64,000 nucleotides of DNA from an uncultured Alphaproteobacteria bacterium (lineage in GTDB: Bacteria; Pseudomonadota; Alphaproteobacteria; RF32; CAG-239). The number at the start of each line of letters is the position of its first letter. The first letter of the stretch is position 1. The notes under the pieces are model-generated. The model was not told where the DNA came from and ran no database searches. It saw only the letters and a list, made by a program, of their open reading frames with translations. Below are positions 61,093 through 64,000 of this stretch, piece by piece. The stretch is taken from contig CALXTM010000008.1 of assembly GCA_944391415.1 (NCBI GenBank), forward strand, positions 2,092 through 66,091. Direction: 5' to 3'. The position numbers were made by a program, and so were the translations under genes.

Positions 61093-62307
61093 ATGACACT
61101 GGCCAGTTTTATTCCGTCGGTTACAGGCATGAATGCCATGAGCCACGCCCAGCAGACAGTAGCGGAAAATATTGCCAACATGAACACCACCGGTTATAAG
61201 CAAAACGAAACTTTGTTTTATAGCCTGCTTGGGTCGTCAGGGCTTAATGTCGGAACGCAAAGCGGTCTGTCGTCTTCCAGAGTGTCGATTGACGGTGTGG
61301 GATGCTATGACCGTACTAACATTGGAATCGAGGGAACTTTGCAAAACACCGGCAATGTGTTTGACGTTGCACTCAATGGCAATAGCAACGCATTTTTCAC
61401 CTTGGACGACGGATATGGCAATATTTATTATACCAGAGCCGGTGATTTTACCAAATTAACCCAAGACGATGTGACATATCTGGTATCGAGCAGCGGATTG
61501 TTTGTTCAAGGATTTCAGGCAATTGACAATGGTGATGGCGGGTTTAGTACTACTGCATCGGATATTGTTGTTGATGCGCCGCAAACCATACCGCAAAAGG
61601 AAACGACTCAGGCCTCAATAATTGCCAATGTTCCGGCAAATGATGTCGATAAAAGCGTGTATAGCATTAGAATCTATTCTAACAATTATGATGGAGCCAA
61701 TTTGAATATGGTTCTGGAAAAAATTGAGGGAAGAGAAAATTCATGGGTGCTTTCTTTTGAACTGGAAGACGGAACTGCCGTCGGCAACACAACCGAAGTG
61801 ATATTTAATACCGACGGAACAATCAAAACGCCGGAAAATATCGATGTGGCTATTGCCTGGAACGACGGAAGCACCAGTAATGTAAATGTCGATATCTCAA
61901 AAATGACCCAGTATGGCGAAAGCTCACAAGTAACTAAAATCGAACAAAACGGTTTTCCGTCAGGGAACTTGCTCTCGGTCGGGTTTGATGATGAAGGAGT
62001 TTTGCGCGCCTATTACAGCAATGATAATGATATTGCTATTGCTCAGTTGGCCATAACCGGGTTTACCGCACCGGAAAATTTGACACCTTATAACAATACT
62101 TTGTTTGAGGCCAACGGCGAAACCGGAAACAGCTATTATGTCGACCCGGACGGAATTGTGGTGGCCGAATCGTTGGAGAACTCATCGGTGGATATTGAAA
62201 AAGAATTCTCGCAAATGATTATAGTTCAGCGAGCTTATAGCCTTAATGCTCAGAGCTTTACCGTAAACGATGAAATGTTGTCTGTTTTGATAGACTTAAA
62301 GAGCTAA
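61093..62307 (+). CDS. flgE: Flagellar hook protein FlgE-like
   Basis: AENIANMNTTGYK, YTRAGDF, LENSSVDIEKEFSQMIIVQRAYSLNA. Confidence 0.88.
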   Translation: MTLASFIPSVTGMNAMSHAQQTVAENIANMNTTGYKQNETLFYSLLGSSGLNVGTQSGLSSSRVSIDGVGCYDRTNIGIEGTLQNTGNVFDVALNGNSNAFFTLDDGYGNIYYTRAGDFTKLTQDDVTYLVSSSGLFVQGFQAIDNGDGGFSTTASDIVVDAPQTIPQKETTQASIIANVPANDVDKSVYSIRIYSNNYDGANLNMVLEKIEGRENSWVLSFELEDGTAVGNTTEVIFNTDGTIKTPENIDVAIAWNDGSTSNVNVDISKMTQYGESSQVTKIEQNGFPSGNLLSVGFDDEGVLRAYYSNDNDIAIAQLAITGFTAPENLTPYNNTLFEANGETGNSYYVDPDGIVVAESLENSSVDIEKEFSQMIIVQRAYSLNAQSFTVNDEMLSVLIDLKS

Positions 62308-62310
62308 ACA

Positions 62311-62733
62311 ATGATACAAATGTTTTGGCGGATATGGAATTTTTGGTTTAGACTGCCTGACAAAATACGCTTCTTGTTGGTGGGCGGGTTTAATGCAACC
62401 GTGTCGTATTTGATGTATGTCGGGTTTGTCTTGTTGCTTGGCGAAAATAAATATTGGTTATCGATGACGCTGGCCTGGGTATTTTCTTCTTTTACATCTT
62501 TTGCAACCCAAAAAATATTTGTGTTTTGTACCAAAGGTGACTTTGGCGTTTGGGTGCGCGAATATATAAAATGTGTCGGCGTGTGGATTGTGGCATATAC
62601 TATAAACGCAGTAATGTTGGAAGTGTTTGTAAGAATTGCCGAGATTAATGTATATTTGTCTCAATTTTTGGCTATAGTTTGCACCACTGTCTCGAGCTAT
62701 ATATTGTTTAAATATTTTGCATTTAAACATTAA
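62311..62733 (+). CDS. GtrA-family membrane protein
   Basis: RFLLVGGFNA, four TM helices, C-terminal KYFAFK. Confidence 0.88.
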   Translation: MIQMFWRIWNFWFRLPDKIRFLLVGGFNATVSYLMYVGFVLLLGENKYWLSMTLAWVFSSFTSFATQKIFVFCTKGDFGVWVREYIKCVGVWIVAYTINAVMLEVFVRIAEINVYLSQFLAIVCTTVSSYILFKYFAFKH

Positions 62734-62766
62734 TCAAAATCTCCGCAAAAGCGGAGATTTTGATTA
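62731..62766. terminator. Bidirectional terminator
   Basis: TAATCAAAATCTCCGC-AAAA-GCGGAGATTTTGATTA between convergent genes. Confidence 0.85.
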
Positions 62767-62789
62767 AACGAATAAGATTTTATCTCAAA

Positions 62790-63314
62790 TTATTTTGACT
62801 TTTTGGCAGTGCTTTTTTTAGCAACCGTCTTTTTAGCAGCAACCTTCTTCGGAGCTGCTTTGGCAACCGTTTTCTTGACGGTTGTTTTGGCAGCAACCTT
62901 CTTCGGAGCTGATTTAGCAACCGTTTTCTTGACGGTTGTTTTGGCAGCAGCTTTCTTCGGGGCTGCTTTGGCAACCGTTTTCTTGGCGGTTGTTTTGGCA
63001 GCAGCTTTCTTCGGGGCTGCTGTTTTGCTGGTTGCTTTCTTGGTGGCCGAGGCTAATGATTTAAGAGCCGATGCCGGTTTTAAGATAATTGATTTGACAT
63101 TTTGCAGCGGTGATACTTTTTTGGCTGCTTTGTTTGGAACCAGTAATTTTACCGAAGAGGCTTTCTTCGGTGCTTTCAAAAAACAGCCGGCATTGCAGGC
63201 CAATTGATTGATGGCAGCATCCCAGTCGCTTAGGCTGGAGTTTGCAGGACAGCCGTTGTTTTTCCATATATAATATGCAGCTTCTCGAATTGCATCTTCA
63301 TTAAAATTATACAT
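62790..63314 (-). CDS. DUF2934-like domain fused to a histone H1-like Lys/Ala tail
   Basis: IREAAYYIW...G.P.....DW..A; C-terminal 18-aa repeats AAPKKAAAKTTxKKTVAK. Confidence 0.8.
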   Translation of the reverse strand: MYNFNEDAIREAAYYIWKNNGCPANSSLSDWDAAINQLACNAGCFLKAPKKASSVKLLVPNKAAKKVSPLQNVKSIILKPASALKSLASATKKATSKTAAPKKAAAKTTAKKTVAKAAPKKAAAKTTVKKTVAKSAPKKVAAKTTVKKTVAKAAPKKVAAKKTVAKKSTAKKSK

Positions 63315-63473
63315 ATCAGTTCTCCAAAAAAAAATAAATTAGCACATTCTGTAGAATTGCATTTATAAAGAGTATTTATTAAAAATTAGTTTAGATATTT
63401 AACCAATCAATAATATTTTTTTAATTATTTTACCATACACTAATTAAAGTTCTGATTATAAGGGAGTTCTAAT

Positions 63474-64000
63474 ATGGAAAATAATTTTAATGAATTGTCG
63501 GCATTTGCATATGCGTCGCCTGATAAAGGATATCAAAACCAACTAATCGGAGCATTGAATGCTTTGGCCGAAATTACCGGTGAAACCTGTGATATGTCAA
63601 AGGCATTTTTGATGCCAGAAGAAGTATCAGATATCAGCCAACTGGAAAAAAATGTCTTATATTCCGATATAAAAAACTATCAAAACTTTCGCAAAAAAAT
63701 ATTTGCCATGCTCGATGCTTATATGAAAAAAACAAACACGACGCCGCGAATTTTTATAACGGTCTATAACATGACAGAAAGTTTGATGGCCGGAAAAAAT
63801 ACCGACAAATTATGCCAGGCCGTAAAAGAATATTATGCCGAACATAATTTGGGATATATATTTACCACGGTATTGACCAGTAAACTCCACAATTACAAAT
63901 ATGTTGATTTGGTAAATATTCCCAAACACTTATTGACTTTTGCAACCAGAATAAGGTTGTTGCAAAACAAAAGGCTTCGCAAAAGAGCTCTTATTACCGT
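63474..64000 (+). CDS. Possible ELM1/GtrOC1-family protein (runs off the window)
   Basis: Manual translation, open to the window end: DKGYQNQLIGALNAL...VDLVNIPKH resembles ELM1 motifs; SD AAGGGAG. Confidence 0.55.
   Translation, partial: MENNFNELSAFAYASPDKGYQNQLIGALNALAEITGETCDMSKAFLMPEEVSDISQLEKNVLYSDIKNYQNFRKKIFAMLDAYMKKTNTTPRIFITVYNMTESLMAGKNTDKLCQAVKEYYAEHNLGYIFTTVLTSKLHNYKYVDLVNIPKHLLTFATRIRLLQNKRLRKRALIT

Noticed and set aside
756-63267. Numerous short antisense or alternate-frame ORFs in the track (e.g. 26164-26715, 53075-53785, 62803-63207)
   Set aside because: Shadows of well-supported genes with no independent motifs

Overview
Chromosomal, moderately AT-rich window from an alphaproteobacterium. 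Gene order and content resemble Rhodospirillales; the style suggests an uncultured gut RF32-like lineage, which is inference only. It is mostly housekeeping: ffh-rpsP-rimM-trmD-rplS, trmFO-hpnCDE, rnhA, prfB with its +1 frameshift, mrcA, amiC, rne, hflKC-degP-holC, mrp, rplM-rpsI, an RND pump, fzlA and an M23-bactofilin pair. It also has scattered flagellar and chemosensory genes (flgI-J-N-K-L, flaF, flgE, chpT-cheY-cheR, two sigma54 promoters), tRNA-Glu(CTC) and tRNA-Leu(CAA). No CRISPR array, integrase or transposase is visible. The most interesting signals are non-coding and absent from the ORF track. (1) Two covarying ~80-nt structured RNAs at 39937-40265, built like phage C4/CI antisense RNAs, with a cognate target site and a terminator in front of an XRE regulator; the two copies carry different recognition loops. 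(2) An orphan flagellin 3' end fused to a leader with two GGA-loop hairpins (60783-61005). (3) A tRNA-Glu-linked att/REP-like remnant next to a possible ADP-ribosyltransferase-fold gene. All protein calls come from motif recognition, not database searches.
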